Source: Candidatus Latescibacterota bacterium
GTDB lineage: Bacteria > Latescibacterota > UBA2968 > GCA-2709665
Assembly: GCA_965248435.1 (NCBI GenBank)
Contig: OZ252100.1
Coordinates: 4,736,001 to 4,800,000, forward strand
Direction of reading: 5' to 3'
Length of the DNA: 64,000 bases
Shown here in pieces: positions 29,275 to 37,440 of the stretch (positions are counted from its first letter, which is position 1; the number at the start of each line of letters is the position of its first letter). A program made the translations under genes and the position numbers. The notes below the pieces were generated by a model. It worked only from the letters and a program-made list of their open reading frames with translations, was not told the origin of the DNA and ran no database searches.

Positions 29275-30435
29275 CTAATCGGGTGTCGAGTCCGGTCCAA
29301 AGACTGTAAAGAGCGCCCGTGCGCACTCGAATTCAGGAACCGACGACTTTCCGTGGAGGACAAGCTCCGACAGGATCCTGCCCGTCAACGGACCAAACTT
29401 GAATCCGTGTCCCGTAAACCCTGCACCTATTCCAATGTTACGATTATCCGGGTGCAGGTCAATTACAAAGTCCTCTGTGGCGGTGTTGGTATAAAAGCAG
29501 GTTTCGGCACGGACGAACCGTTCTACCGGAGGCACCAGAGCTGCCCGGATGCAGGCCTCCAGAGCCTCGACGGCTTCCGGAGTAACGTCTATTTCTTCGT
29601 CTGGATCATCCTCTACGCCCCACGTGATGTGTCGTGCGACCTTGACCCCTTCGCAGCCGAATTCAGGCAGACCGTAATAGTGCCCGTCCCCCATGCTTGC
29701 CCAAACGGGGAATCGGCCGACACGGAAGTCCTTCGGATCGCCTGAGAGCTGGAAATAACCCACGATCTGGCGAGCAGGTTTCAGGCGGAGTTTCAAGAAG
29801 GGTGAGAGCCGCGAGGCCCAGGGCCCGGCCGTCACGATGAGCCGTTCTGTTTGGATCGGGCCCCGGTCTGTCTGGACTCGGATCGGATCTTTCGAATAGT
29901 CGATTTCCAGGACCCGCGTCTCCTCACGGATCTCGGAACCGGATCGGAGGCAAAGCCGGGCCAACGCAGCAAGCGTTTCTGCGGCGGCGACGATGCCGGC
30001 TGTTCGATCTACCAGGACGCTGGCAGCATCGTTGAAACGAAAGAGCGGAAACCGACGTCTGGCCTCTTCAGGCTCCAGCAATTCTGCATCGACCCCCGAG
30101 GCTGCTACGTTATGGATGTAGCTTTCGTACCTTCCGCCCAGGGGACCATAAAAGCAGGCCGGAGTGTGGTAGATCAGTTTCGTGTCCGAATCCCGTTCGA
30201 GGCTTGGCCACTCCTGGTCCCGAGCAACCCGCACCAGTTTGGTATAATGCTCGTTTACGTAAGGGCTTCGGGTCACTCGAGAATGGCCGTGTGAACTGCC
30301 CCGGACATTTCCCAGTCTGAACTGCTCGATGAGCCCGATCTTCCCGGCGCCCATCTTACCGAGGTGATAGAGCGCAGACAGACCGTTGATGCCTCCGCCG
30401 ACGACAAGCGCATCGTAGGCCAGTTTACTTGACAT
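29275..30435 (-). CDS. solA: FAD-dependent N-methyl-amino-acid oxidase (sarcosine oxidase / SolA family)
   Basis: VVGGGINGLS, GSSHGHSRVTR, VTAGPW, YYGLP, ETCFYT (FAD-linking Cys), DFVID, GHGFKFGP. Confidence 0.8.
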   Translation of the reverse strand: MSSKLAYDALVVGGGINGLSALYHLGKMGAGKIGLIEQFRLGNVRGSSHGHSRVTRSPYVNEHYTKLVRVARDQEWPSLERDSDTKLIYHTPACFYGPLGGRYESYIHNVAASGVDAELLEPEEARRRFPLFRFNDAASVLVDRTAGIVAAAETLAALARLCLRSGSEIREETRVLEIDYSKDPIRVQTDRGPIQTERLIVTAGPWASRLSPFLKLRLKPARQIVGYFQLSGDPKDFRVGRFPVWASMGDGHYYGLPEFGCEGVKVARHITWGVEDDPDEEIDVTPEAVEALEACIRAALVPPVERFVRAETCFYTNTATEDFVIDLHPDNRNIGIGAGFTGHGFKFGPLTGRILSELVLHGKSSVPEFECARALFTVFGPDSTPD

Positions 30436-30790
30436 CTCTAGCAGGGTCCGGTTTTTCGATCAGGAACCCGGCCCGGTCTCCGAAGTTGTGGGCGTTGAGG
30501 ATCTCCGCGCGCTCTGCGTGCGTGCAGCCTAGGAGAATTTTGATTTCGGCATCCCGTTTTTGCAGGTCTATCGAACAAATGATACCCGTAATCCGCCGAT
30601 CCGGCAGACGACCGATCCACACGTCGATCCCGTCGCCATCACCCGAAACCGTGCCCTCCAAGTATCCATAGTCGTAGGGATAGATATAGTCCGGGAATCG
30701 CTTGTCAGCAGACCCTTTTGGCCTGTCAATGACCACCTCAGCGGTTGCCAAAAGGTGGTCCAGGGTGTCCCAGAATGGAGAATCGCCCAC
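30425..30790 (-). CDS. small inorganic pyrophosphatase-like protein
   Basis: IDRPKGS..YPYDYGYLEGT.SGDGDGIDVW, which resembles the family I PPase motif. Confidence 0.75.
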   Translation of the reverse strand: MGDSPFWDTLDHLLATAEVVIDRPKGSADKRFPDYIYPYDYGYLEGTVSGDGDGIDVWIGRLPDRRITGIICSIDLQKRDAEIKILLGCTHAERAEILNAHNFGDRAGFLIEKPDPARDVK

Positions 30791-30896
30791 GGCAGTTGAG
30801 CAGGTTAAGTGTGGTTAGGAAGGTCGCCCAATATAGAAAAAAGTGGCCGGTCTCTACAACCTGTAATTGGACGCCCGACTCGATTCGTGCCATTTC

Positions 30897-30932
30897 GGCA
30901 TATCTGACGAAATCTGGCATATATGACGAAAT
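30897..30932. promoter_or_regulatory. 17-bp direct repeat, putative enhancer (bEBP binding site) upstream of lon
   Basis: GGCATATCTGACGAAAT (30897-30913) / GGCATATATGACGAAAT (30916-30932), one mismatch, 100-135 nt upstream of the -24 element. Confidence 0.55.
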
Positions 30933-31029
30933 ATCGAAACTCAAAGGCACGGAGGTCCTGGAACGAGATAACCAAGAAATACGTGTTCGTTCTTTATAAA
31001 CAATATGTTGTAAAACAATTGGGCGCACT

Positions 31030-31045
31030 CGGCACGGCAGTTGCT
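31030..31045 (+). promoter_or_regulatory. sigma54 (-24/-12) promoter of lon
   Basis: CGGCACG-GCAG-TTGCT, with an IHF-like TTTATAAACAATATGTTG at 30993-31010. Confidence 0.7.
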
Positions 31046-31095
31046 CCTTCGAAGAGGTAGAGACTAAACCGAGGAAATTCGAAGGGAGAGACGTT

Positions 31096-33573
31096 ATGTC
31101 TGAAAACAGCAAGAACACAGACAAAGCTCAGGGCCTGCCCGATCAGCTGCCACTGCTGGTTACAGGAGAGGTCGTGATCTTTCCGCGTATGGTCGCTACG
31201 CTGCTCATCGACGACAAGCCGGCGATACGCGCCGTGGATACGGCCGTGAATGCCGGCCACAAGACCCTCGTCGTCTTTGGCCAGAAATCGGAGGCAGGAG
31301 GAGATTCTGATTCCAACGGACGGTCCGACGCGGTCCAGTTGGAGGCGTCAGACCTTTATCCAGTCGGATCAGCGGTACGGATCGTCAGGATGCTGCGCCA
31401 GCCGGACGGGCCGCTCAGAGTCCTGGTGAGTGGGATCACTCGTGTCGGGCTCCAGGACCTCATTCAGATCAGACCCTACCCACTGGCGCGAGTTGTAAAC
31501 GTCACCCCGAACAAAAAGGTGACGACTGAACTGGAAGCCCTGGCCAGAAATGCGATCAATCTGTTTGAACGTGCGGTTTCACTCACACCGAATGCCCCGA
31601 CTGAGGTGTTGGCTGTTTTGTCCGACCTCACCGAGCTGGAAGAAAAAGCCGACTTTGTCGCATCTCAGTTGAATCTCGGTTTTGAAGAGATGCAGGAGAT
31701 CCTTGGCGAGCTGGATCTCACAGTGAGGTGGGAGATCCTCAACCAGCACCTTACCCGTGAGGTCGAGGTCCTGGAGCTTCGTCAAAAGATCGAGTCGCAG
31801 GCGGCCGGTTCGATGGACGAAGCTCAGAAGGAGTATCTCCTCAGGCAGCAGCTCAAGGCGATTCGAGAAGAGCTTGGCGATGAAGATAGCGGTGGAAACG
31901 AAATCGAGGAGCTCAAGGTTCAGATCGAGGAAGCGGAGATGCCGGAGGAGGTGCGGAAGGAGGCGGACCGGGAACTTTCACGTATGGAGAAGATGCCGCG
32001 GGCTGCGGCAGAGTACACCGTTTCTCGCACTTACCTGGACTGGCTTGTCAGCCTCCCGTGGAACAGAACGACCGAGGATCACCTTGACGTAGAAGGGGCT
32101 CAAAAGATTCTGGACGAGGATCACTTCGGCCTGGAAAAACCCAAGGAGCGCATCCTGGAGTATCTGGCTGTGCGCCGTCTGAAGGAGGACATGCGGGGCC
32201 CCATCCTCTGTCTGGTGGGCCCGCCGGGCACCGGCAAGACTTCGCTGGGGAATTCGATCGCTCGGGCAATGGGTCGTAAATTCGCCCGGATTTCACTGGG
32301 CGGCGTTCACGACGAATCGGAGATTCGGGGCCACCGACGAACGTATGTAGGCGCGCTTCCGGGGCGAATAATGCAAGGGCTGCGGCGTGCGGAGACGGCC
32401 AACCCTGTTTTCATGCTGGATGAGATCGACAAGCTGGGCGCAGACTTCCGCGGGGACCCTTCTGCCGCACTGCTCGAGGTCCCGGACCCCGAACAGAACC
32501 ACGGTTTTGTGGATCACTATCTTGACGTCCCGTTCGATCTGTCCAAAGTCATGTTCATCGCGACGGCGAATACCCTTCATACGATTCCCCCGGCCCTGCT
32601 CGACAGGATGGAGGTGCTGGAGCTGTCGGGATACACCGACGCCGAAAAGCTGCAGATCGCGAAGCGTTACCTGGTTCCGAAGCAGCTCGAAGCACACGGG
32701 CTGAGCGATCGGAAGCTCCAGATCGACGAAGATGCACTTCTGTCCGTCATCCAGCACTACACGCGGGAGGCAGGGCTCCGCAATCTGGAACGAGAGATCG
32801 GAACACTCTGCCGAAAGGTGACTCGAAAGTTCGCTCAGGGACGGAGACGAAAGATCAAGGTGCGCGCGAAGGACTTACACGAGCTCCTGGGCGCCGAGCG
32901 CTACCGGCACGAAATGATGGAAGAAGAGGACGAGGTCGGCGTCGCGACCGGATTGGCCTGGACACCCGTGGGTGGAGATGCCCTGTTCGTGGAGGCGACT
33001 ACGATGCCCGGAAAGGGCAATCTGAAATTGACCGGGCAGGTGGGCGACGTGATGCGTGAGTCGGTGGAGGCGGCGATGACCTTCGTCAGATCGCGATGGG
33101 AGGAACTCGGTCTGGAAGAATCCTTCAACCGGGAGCGGGATGTCCACATTCACGTGCCTGCCGGCGCGGTGCCGAAGGATGGTCCGTCGGCCGGGGTTAC
33201 GATGGCTACCGTGCTCGCGTCCGCGTTCACGGGGGTGCCCGTCCGGAAGGACGTGGCCATGACTGGCGAGATCACCCTCCGAGGAAAAGTGCTGCCGATC
33301 GGCGGGGTTCGGGACAAGGTGCTGGCCGCTCACCGGTCCGGGATCAAGACCGTGATTCTGCCCGAGGACAACAAGAAAGACCTGGAAGAAGTGCCTGAGA
33401 GCGTGAGGGATGAGCTCAATCTGGTGTTCGCCAAACACGCGGACTGCGTGCTGGACGCGGCTCTGGTCAGACCACCGTCGGGACGCGCACGCGCTGACCT
33501 GATCCGAAGACGGGCCGTCAGGAAACTCAGGGTTCCGTGCGAACCTCCGGTTCCGGCCGCCAGCCCGAACTGA
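31096..33573 (+). CDS. lon: ATP-dependent Lon protease
   Basis: LON-N domain, [44 protein letters not shown] (catalytic Ser), [18 protein letters not shown] (catalytic Lys). Confidence 0.97.
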   Translation: MSENSKNTDKAQGLPDQLPLLVTGEVVIFPRMVATLLIDDKPAIRAVDTAVNAGHKTLVVFGQKSEAGGDSDSNGRSDAVQLEASDLYPVGSAVRIVRMLRQPDGPLRVLVSGITRVGLQDLIQIRPYPLARVVNVTPNKKVTTELEALARNAINLFERAVSLTPNAPTEVLAVLSDLTELEEKADFVASQLNLGFEEMQEILGELDLTVRWEILNQHLTREVEVLELRQKIESQAAGSMDEAQKEYLLRQQLKAIREELGDEDSGGNEIEELKVQIEEAEMPEEVRKEADRELSRMEKMPRAAAEYTVSRTYLDWLVSLPWNRTTEDHLDVEGAQKILDEDHFGLEKPKERILEYLAVRRLKEDMRGPILCLVGPPGTGKTSLGNSIARAMGRKFARISLGGVHDESEIRGHRRTYVGALPGRIMQGLRRAETANPVFMLDEIDKLGADFRGDPSAALLEVPDPEQNHGFVDHYLDVPFDLSKVMFIATANTLHTIPPALLDRMEVLELSGYTDAEKLQIAKRYLVPKQLEAHGLSDRKLQIDEDALLSVIQHYTREAGLRNLEREIGTLCRKVTRKFAQGRRRKIKVRAKDLHELLGAERYRHEMMEEEDEVGVATGLAWTPVGGDALFVEATTMPGKGNLKLTGQVGDVMRESVEAAMTFVRSRWEELGLEESFNRERDVHIHVPAGAVPKDGPSAGVTMATVLASAFTGVPVRKDVAMTGEITLRGKVLPIGGVRDKVLAAHRSGIKTVILPEDNKKDLEEVPESVRDELNLVFAKHADCVLDAALVRPPSGRARADLIRRRAVRKLRVPCEPPVPAASPN

Positions 33574-33653
33574 GATTCGGGGTAGCAAAACAGGGTACCG
33601 GGAAAGCAAAACACGGGTACCGGGTACCGTGAAAGTCAATTAACGCAAACGAA

Positions 33654-33685
33654 AAGCCGAAGTCCGCAACTATGGACTTCGGCTT
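33654..33685. terminator. bidirectional terminator shared by lon and the selenoprotein gene
   Basis: AAGCCGAAGTCC, 8-nt loop, GGACTTCGGCTT, with an A-run before and T-rich sequence after. Confidence 0.8.
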
Positions 33686-33708
33686 CTTTACTTGATTCTG
33701 TTTCGAAC

Positions 33709-33942
33709 TTATAAACGCTTCTTTATGTGCGGCTGAATCTCATCGTACTCTGGAAACCGCCCCTCCTCCAGCTTCGAGTAGACGAGATTCCCGTCTATGC
33801 TGAACTCGAATTTCCCGCCATCAGATGGCACGAGGGTGAGCGATTCGATGTCCTGCTTGAACTCCTTCAGTATCGATTCCGTCAAACTGACGGCCTGGGG
33901 TTCATAGTTTCACATGGCGCAGTAGATCAACTCGAGCTTCAT
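33709..33942 (-). CDS. SelW/SelT/SelH (Rdx family) selenoprotein with CxxU motif and in-frame TGA
   Basis: Not in the ORF track. RBS AAAGGAGGT, ATG 33942, translation MKLELIYCAM-U-NYEPQAVSLTESILKEFKQDIESLTLVPSDGGKFEFSIDGNLVYSKLEEGRFPEYDEIQPHIKKRL, stop TAA at 33709. TGA at 33912-33910. Rdx hallmarks YCxxU, GGxFE, YSK..GRFP. Confidence 0.9.
33879..33893 (-). promoter_or_regulatory. putative bacterial SECIS apical hairpin
   Basis: mRNA CCGUCA-GUU-UGACGG. The G-containing loop starts 22 nt 3' of the UGA. Confidence 0.6.
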
Positions 33943-34037
33943 TCCTGCACCTCCTTTCCGACCAGCGGCATGGTTCCGGCGTGATTCGACTCAGAACCTA
34001 ACACAATCCAGAGGGGATGTCAATTGGTGGCACGGAG

Positions 34038-34064
34038 GGGTGGTGTCCTTTTAGGACACCACCC
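34038..34064. repeat. palindromic REP-like element
   Basis: GGGTGGTGTCCT-TTT-AGGACACCACCC, flanked by ACGGAG at 34032-34037 and 34065-34070. Confidence 0.6.
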
Positions 34065-34100
34065 ACGGAGGAGCGATCTGTCTGCGAATCGCGGCGGGAC

Positions 34101-34129
34101 TTGACCCGAATCGGGACCTGCATTAGATT
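34101..34129 (+). promoter_or_regulatory. sigma70-type promoter for the carboxypeptidase operon
   Basis: TTGACC, 17-nt spacer, TAGATT. Confidence 0.45.
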
Positions 34130-34180
34130 GCGGCACGGCGTGCTTTGCAATGTCGGGACTCCTCAAAGAGGGCTGAATAT

Positions 34181-35698
34181 ATGGCATCCAAAAGCAAGAA
34201 GGCCTATGACGAACTGATACGGAGGTCAAAGGAAGTTTCCCTGCTCGGGTCCTGCGCCTCTCTGCTGGGATGGGACGAGCGGACCTACATGCCGAAGGGG
34301 GGTTCGGCGCACCGCGCAGAGCAGTTCGCCCTGCTCGCGGGCATGATTCACGAGCTGGAAACGGCTCCCGAGATAGACGAGCTGCTTTTTGAGGCAGAAG
34401 GAAGCGACCTCGTGAAAGATCCACGTTCCGCGGCGGCCGTCAACGTGCGTGAGATCCGGTGGAGCTACGACCGGAGAGTGAGGCTCCCCAAGAAGCTCGT
34501 GGAGGAACTCGCTCGTGTGACGACTCTGGCTCAACCGGTTTGGGTCGAGGCCCGCGCGGAGTCTGATTTCGAGAAGTTTCGCCCAATACTTGAACAGATC
34601 GTTCAACTGAAGCGGCAAGAGGCGGCAGCGTTGGTGAATGGCGAAGCCACCTACGATGCGCTGCTCGAGGACTATGAACCGGGCGCGACGACAGAGGAGC
34701 TGACCAGGGTTCTGGGCGGACTCCGTGAAGAGCTGGTTCCGCTCGTTAAGGAGATTGTGGACTCTGGGCGCAGACCGGACGCCTCTATCCTCACGAGAGA
34801 TTTTCCCGTGGACCGCCAGGAAGCATTCGGCAAGGCGGCAGCGTCCGCGATCGGGTTCGACTTCGACCGGGGGCGACTGGATGTGACCACGCATCCGTTC
34901 TGCACTGGGATCGGCCCGGGGGATACGCGATTGACGACGCGTTATAACAAGAACCACTTCCCGGAGGCCTTTTTCGGGATTATGCATGAAGCCGGCCACG
35001 GGATCTACGACCAGGGGACCGATGATGAACAGTTCGGGACGCCGATGGGCGAGTCGGTTTCACTCGGCATCCACGAATCACAGTCGAGGATGTGGGAGAA
35101 CTTTGTGGGTCGCAGCACGGGATTCTGGAGCGCATTTTTCCCAAAGGCACAGGAGGCATTTCCCGAAGCCCTGGGAGACGTATCTCAGGATGCGTTCCTT
35201 TTTTCGATCAACTTCGTGAGACCTTCTCTCATCCGCGTGGAGGCCGACGAGGCGACCTACAACCTGCACATCCTCCTCCGCTTTGAACTGGAGCAGGCGT
35301 TGATCTCGGGCGATCTCCCGCCGGGCGATGTCCCAGGGGCCTGGAACGAACGCTTCGAGCGTTATTTTGGGATGAGGCCTCCGGACGATGCGCTGGGGTG
35401 TTTACAGGACATCCACTGGAGTTTCGGCGGCATCGGCTATTTTCCGACTTACTCACTCGGAAACCTGTATGCCGGCCAGTTCTTCGAGCAGGCCCAAGAG
35501 GACCTCGGCGACCTGGAAAGCCAATTCGCGAAGGGGGAGTTTCGGCCTCTGAAGGATTGGCTGACCGAGAAGATCCACAGGCAGGGGATGCGATTTCGGG
35601 CCGCAGATCTCGTGAGGGAGGTGACCGGGAAGCCGTTGAGCCACCGGCCGTTAATGGATCACTTGAAGACGAAGTACTCGCGACTCTACGGAATATAG
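34181..35698 (+). CDS. carboxypeptidase M32 (Taq family)
   Basis: Start ATG 34181. LLGWDERTYMP, HPFC, DTRLTTRY, HEAGH (HExxH), HESQSR, IRVEADE, GCLQDIHW, GYFPTYSLG. Confidence 0.95.
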   Translation: MASKSKKAYDELIRRSKEVSLLGSCASLLGWDERTYMPKGGSAHRAEQFALLAGMIHELETAPEIDELLFEAEGSDLVKDPRSAAAVNVREIRWSYDRRVRLPKKLVEELARVTTLAQPVWVEARAESDFEKFRPILEQIVQLKRQEAAALVNGEATYDALLEDYEPGATTEELTRVLGGLREELVPLVKEIVDSGRRPDASILTRDFPVDRQEAFGKAAASAIGFDFDRGRLDVTTHPFCTGIGPGDTRLTTRYNKNHFPEAFFGIMHEAGHGIYDQGTDDEQFGTPMGESVSLGIHESQSRMWENFVGRSTGFWSAFFPKAQEAFPEALGDVSQDAFLFSINFVRPSLIRVEADEATYNLHILLRFELEQALISGDLPPGDVPGAWNERFERYFGMRPPDDALGCLQDIHWSFGGIGYFPTYSLGNLYAGQFFEQAQEDLGDLESQFAKGEFRPLKDWLTEKIHRQGMRFRAADLVREVTGKPLSHRPLMDHLKTKYSRLYGI

Positions 35699-35699
35699 C

Positions 35700-36647
35700 T
35701 TGGGCGCTTTGCCCGTCATTCTGGATGTAGATCCGGGCGTGGACGACGCATTGGCCTTGATGCTGGCCCTGGCGTCGCCCGAGGTGGAGCTGGTCGGGGT
35801 TTCGACCGTGAGTGGGAACGTGCCCGTGGAAGTCGGGACGCGGAACGCCCTCAGGCTCCTGGATTTTTTGGACCGGGGTGACATCCCCGTCTTCAAGGGC
35901 GCCGAAAAGCCTCTGACCGCCGATCCATGTTATGCTACCGAAGTGCACGGGCCCGAGGGGCTCGGAGAGGCAGTCCTTCCCGAAGCAAAAGGGCACCCTC
36001 GCGGCGACGGGGTTTCGTTCCTGGTCGAGGCGCTCGACAGCAGCCCAGGAGAGGTGACTCTGGTCGCGACCGGTCCGCTGACGAATCTGGCGCTTGCGAA
36101 TCGAAAGAGGCCGGGAATTCTGGCGCGGGCAAAAGAGGTGATCGTGATGGGCGGTGCGATCGGCGCGCCTGGAAACGTGACGCCGACGGCCGAGTTCAAC
36201 TTCTACGTGGATCCGCACGCTGCGCAGGAGGTGATCGCTTCGGCCGCATCCATCAGCCTGGTGACACTCGACACGACCCGACAGGTCGCACTGCGAGAAG
36301 ATGTGATTCGAGATCGCATCTCGCCAATCGGAACCGGGAAGGCGGAGTTCGTTGAAATGGCCACCCGAACGGCGATCGACTTCGGAAAACGCCTCACCGG
36401 CGAATCGGGGATATATCTTCACGATCCGCTCGCGGTGGGCCTTGCACTCGCACCTTCGTTCTTCGGGCTCGCTCCGCTCTTCGTGGATGTAGAAACAGTG
36501 GGTGGTCTGACGCGAGGTCAGCTCGTAACTGATATGAGGCCGTTTCGAGATGAGGTAAGCCGCGAGGGACACCGGGTGGAATGCGTGGCCGAGGTGGATT
36601 CTGAGGGCTTTCTGGAGTTCTTTCTGTCGAGGGTACTCGAAGCGTGA
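35700..36647 (+). CDS. inosine/uridine-preferring nucleoside hydrolase
   Basis: VILDVDPGVDDA, HGPEGLG, TGPLTNLA, MGGA..GNVTPTAEFNFYVDPHAA, LHDPLA. Confidence 0.92.
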   Translation: MGALPVILDVDPGVDDALALMLALASPEVELVGVSTVSGNVPVEVGTRNALRLLDFLDRGDIPVFKGAEKPLTADPCYATEVHGPEGLGEAVLPEAKGHPRGDGVSFLVEALDSSPGEVTLVATGPLTNLALANRKRPGILARAKEVIVMGGAIGAPGNVTPTAEFNFYVDPHAAQEVIASAASISLVTLDTTRQVALREDVIRDRISPIGTGKAEFVEMATRTAIDFGKRLTGESGIYLHDPLAVGLALAPSFFGLAPLFVDVETVGGLTRGQLVTDMRPFRDEVSREGHRVECVAEVDSEGFLEFFLSRVLEA

Positions 36648-36666
36648 TTCGACCGCGGATTGCGGA

Positions 36667-37440
36667 TTGGCGCTTGTGGAGGGTCCTGGTTTGAAGGCGA
36701 TTATTCTTGGCGCCGGCCGGGGTCAGAGGCTGATGCCGCACACGGATGGATGTCCGAAATGTTTTATAGAGGTAGAGGGCCGGCGGCTGTTGGACTGGGG
36801 ATTAGAGGCGTTGAATGCTGTCGGACTCGATGTTGTCTTCGTAGGCGGCTACCTTGTAGAAAAGGTAGAGGAGGCCTACCCCGAGTTAACCTACTGCTAC
36901 AATGCCGACTGGCGGGACACGAATATTCTGTTTTCCCTGATGCAGGCCGAACCTTACATGGGGGAGGGGTTCGTCTGTGCCTATGCCGACATCCTTTACC
37001 GTCCAGGGATTCTTCGAGCATTGATGAAGAGCCCGCACGAAATCACCCTTGCTTGTGATACGGCGTGGAGGAAGCGATACGCACTACGGACAGAACATCC
37101 GGAAGAGGATGCCGAGAAGATGACCGCCGAAGGCGACAGGGTCATTCGGATCGCCCGGGACATACCGAATGACGTCGCCCGCGGGGAATATATCGGGGTC
37201 GCTCGATTCGCGGCTGAAGGTGCTGAGGCGCTGCGCGACGCCTATCACCACGCAAGGGCAACATACGATGGCCATCCATTTCGGTCTGCCGCGATGTTCA
37301 AAAAAGCCTACTTGATCGACCTCTTCCAGGAGATGATAGACGATGGCGCGGAGATGCATCTTGTGGAAACTGAAGGTGGATATTTCGAGATTGATACGAA
37401 CCAGGATTACGAGATCGCGAGACGCGAGTGGACTCGATGA
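36667..37440 (+). CDS. NTP transferase, phosphocholine cytidylyltransferase (LicC)-like
   Basis: KAIILGAGRGQRL..PKC, VGGY, TNILFSL, YADILY, EYIGV, EIDTNQD. The start may be TTG 36691. Confidence 0.8.
   Translation: MALVEGPGLKAIILGAGRGQRLMPHTDGCPKCFIEVEGRRLLDWGLEALNAVGLDVVFVGGYLVEKVEEAYPELTYCYNADWRDTNILFSLMQAEPYMGEGFVCAYADILYRPGILRALMKSPHEITLACDTAWRKRYALRTEHPEEDAEKMTAEGDRVIRIARDIPNDVARGEYIGVARFAAEGAEALRDAYHHARATYDGHPFRSAAMFKKAYLIDLFQEMIDDGAEMHLVETEGGYFEIDTNQDYEIARREWTR

Noticed and set aside
30745-30999. 84-aa ORF upstream of lon
   Set aside because: It overlaps the PPase-like gene start and the enhancer/IHF region, and has no RBS or motif.
33581-33650. GCAAA/GAAA-containing repeat after lon considered as a c-di-GMP-I riboswitch
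   Set aside because: The required stems are not evident and it lies 3' of convergent genes. It looks like a short duplication of AGCAAAACA(C)GGGTACCGGG.
33727-33984. 85-aa plus-strand ORF in the track
   Set aside because: It is an antisense shadow of the selenoprotein gene, which has the RBS and the family motifs.
34131-34150. CGGCACGGCGTGCTTTGC considered as another sigma54 promoter
   Set aside because: The GG-N10-GC spacing is not met, and a sigma70-like promoter lies just upstream.
35229-36572. Long antisense or alternate-frame ORFs, including this 447-aa one and those at 3481-4299, 16088-16945 and 51838-52731
   Set aside because: They overlap well-supported genes and are typical of GC-rich codon bias; no motifs were found.
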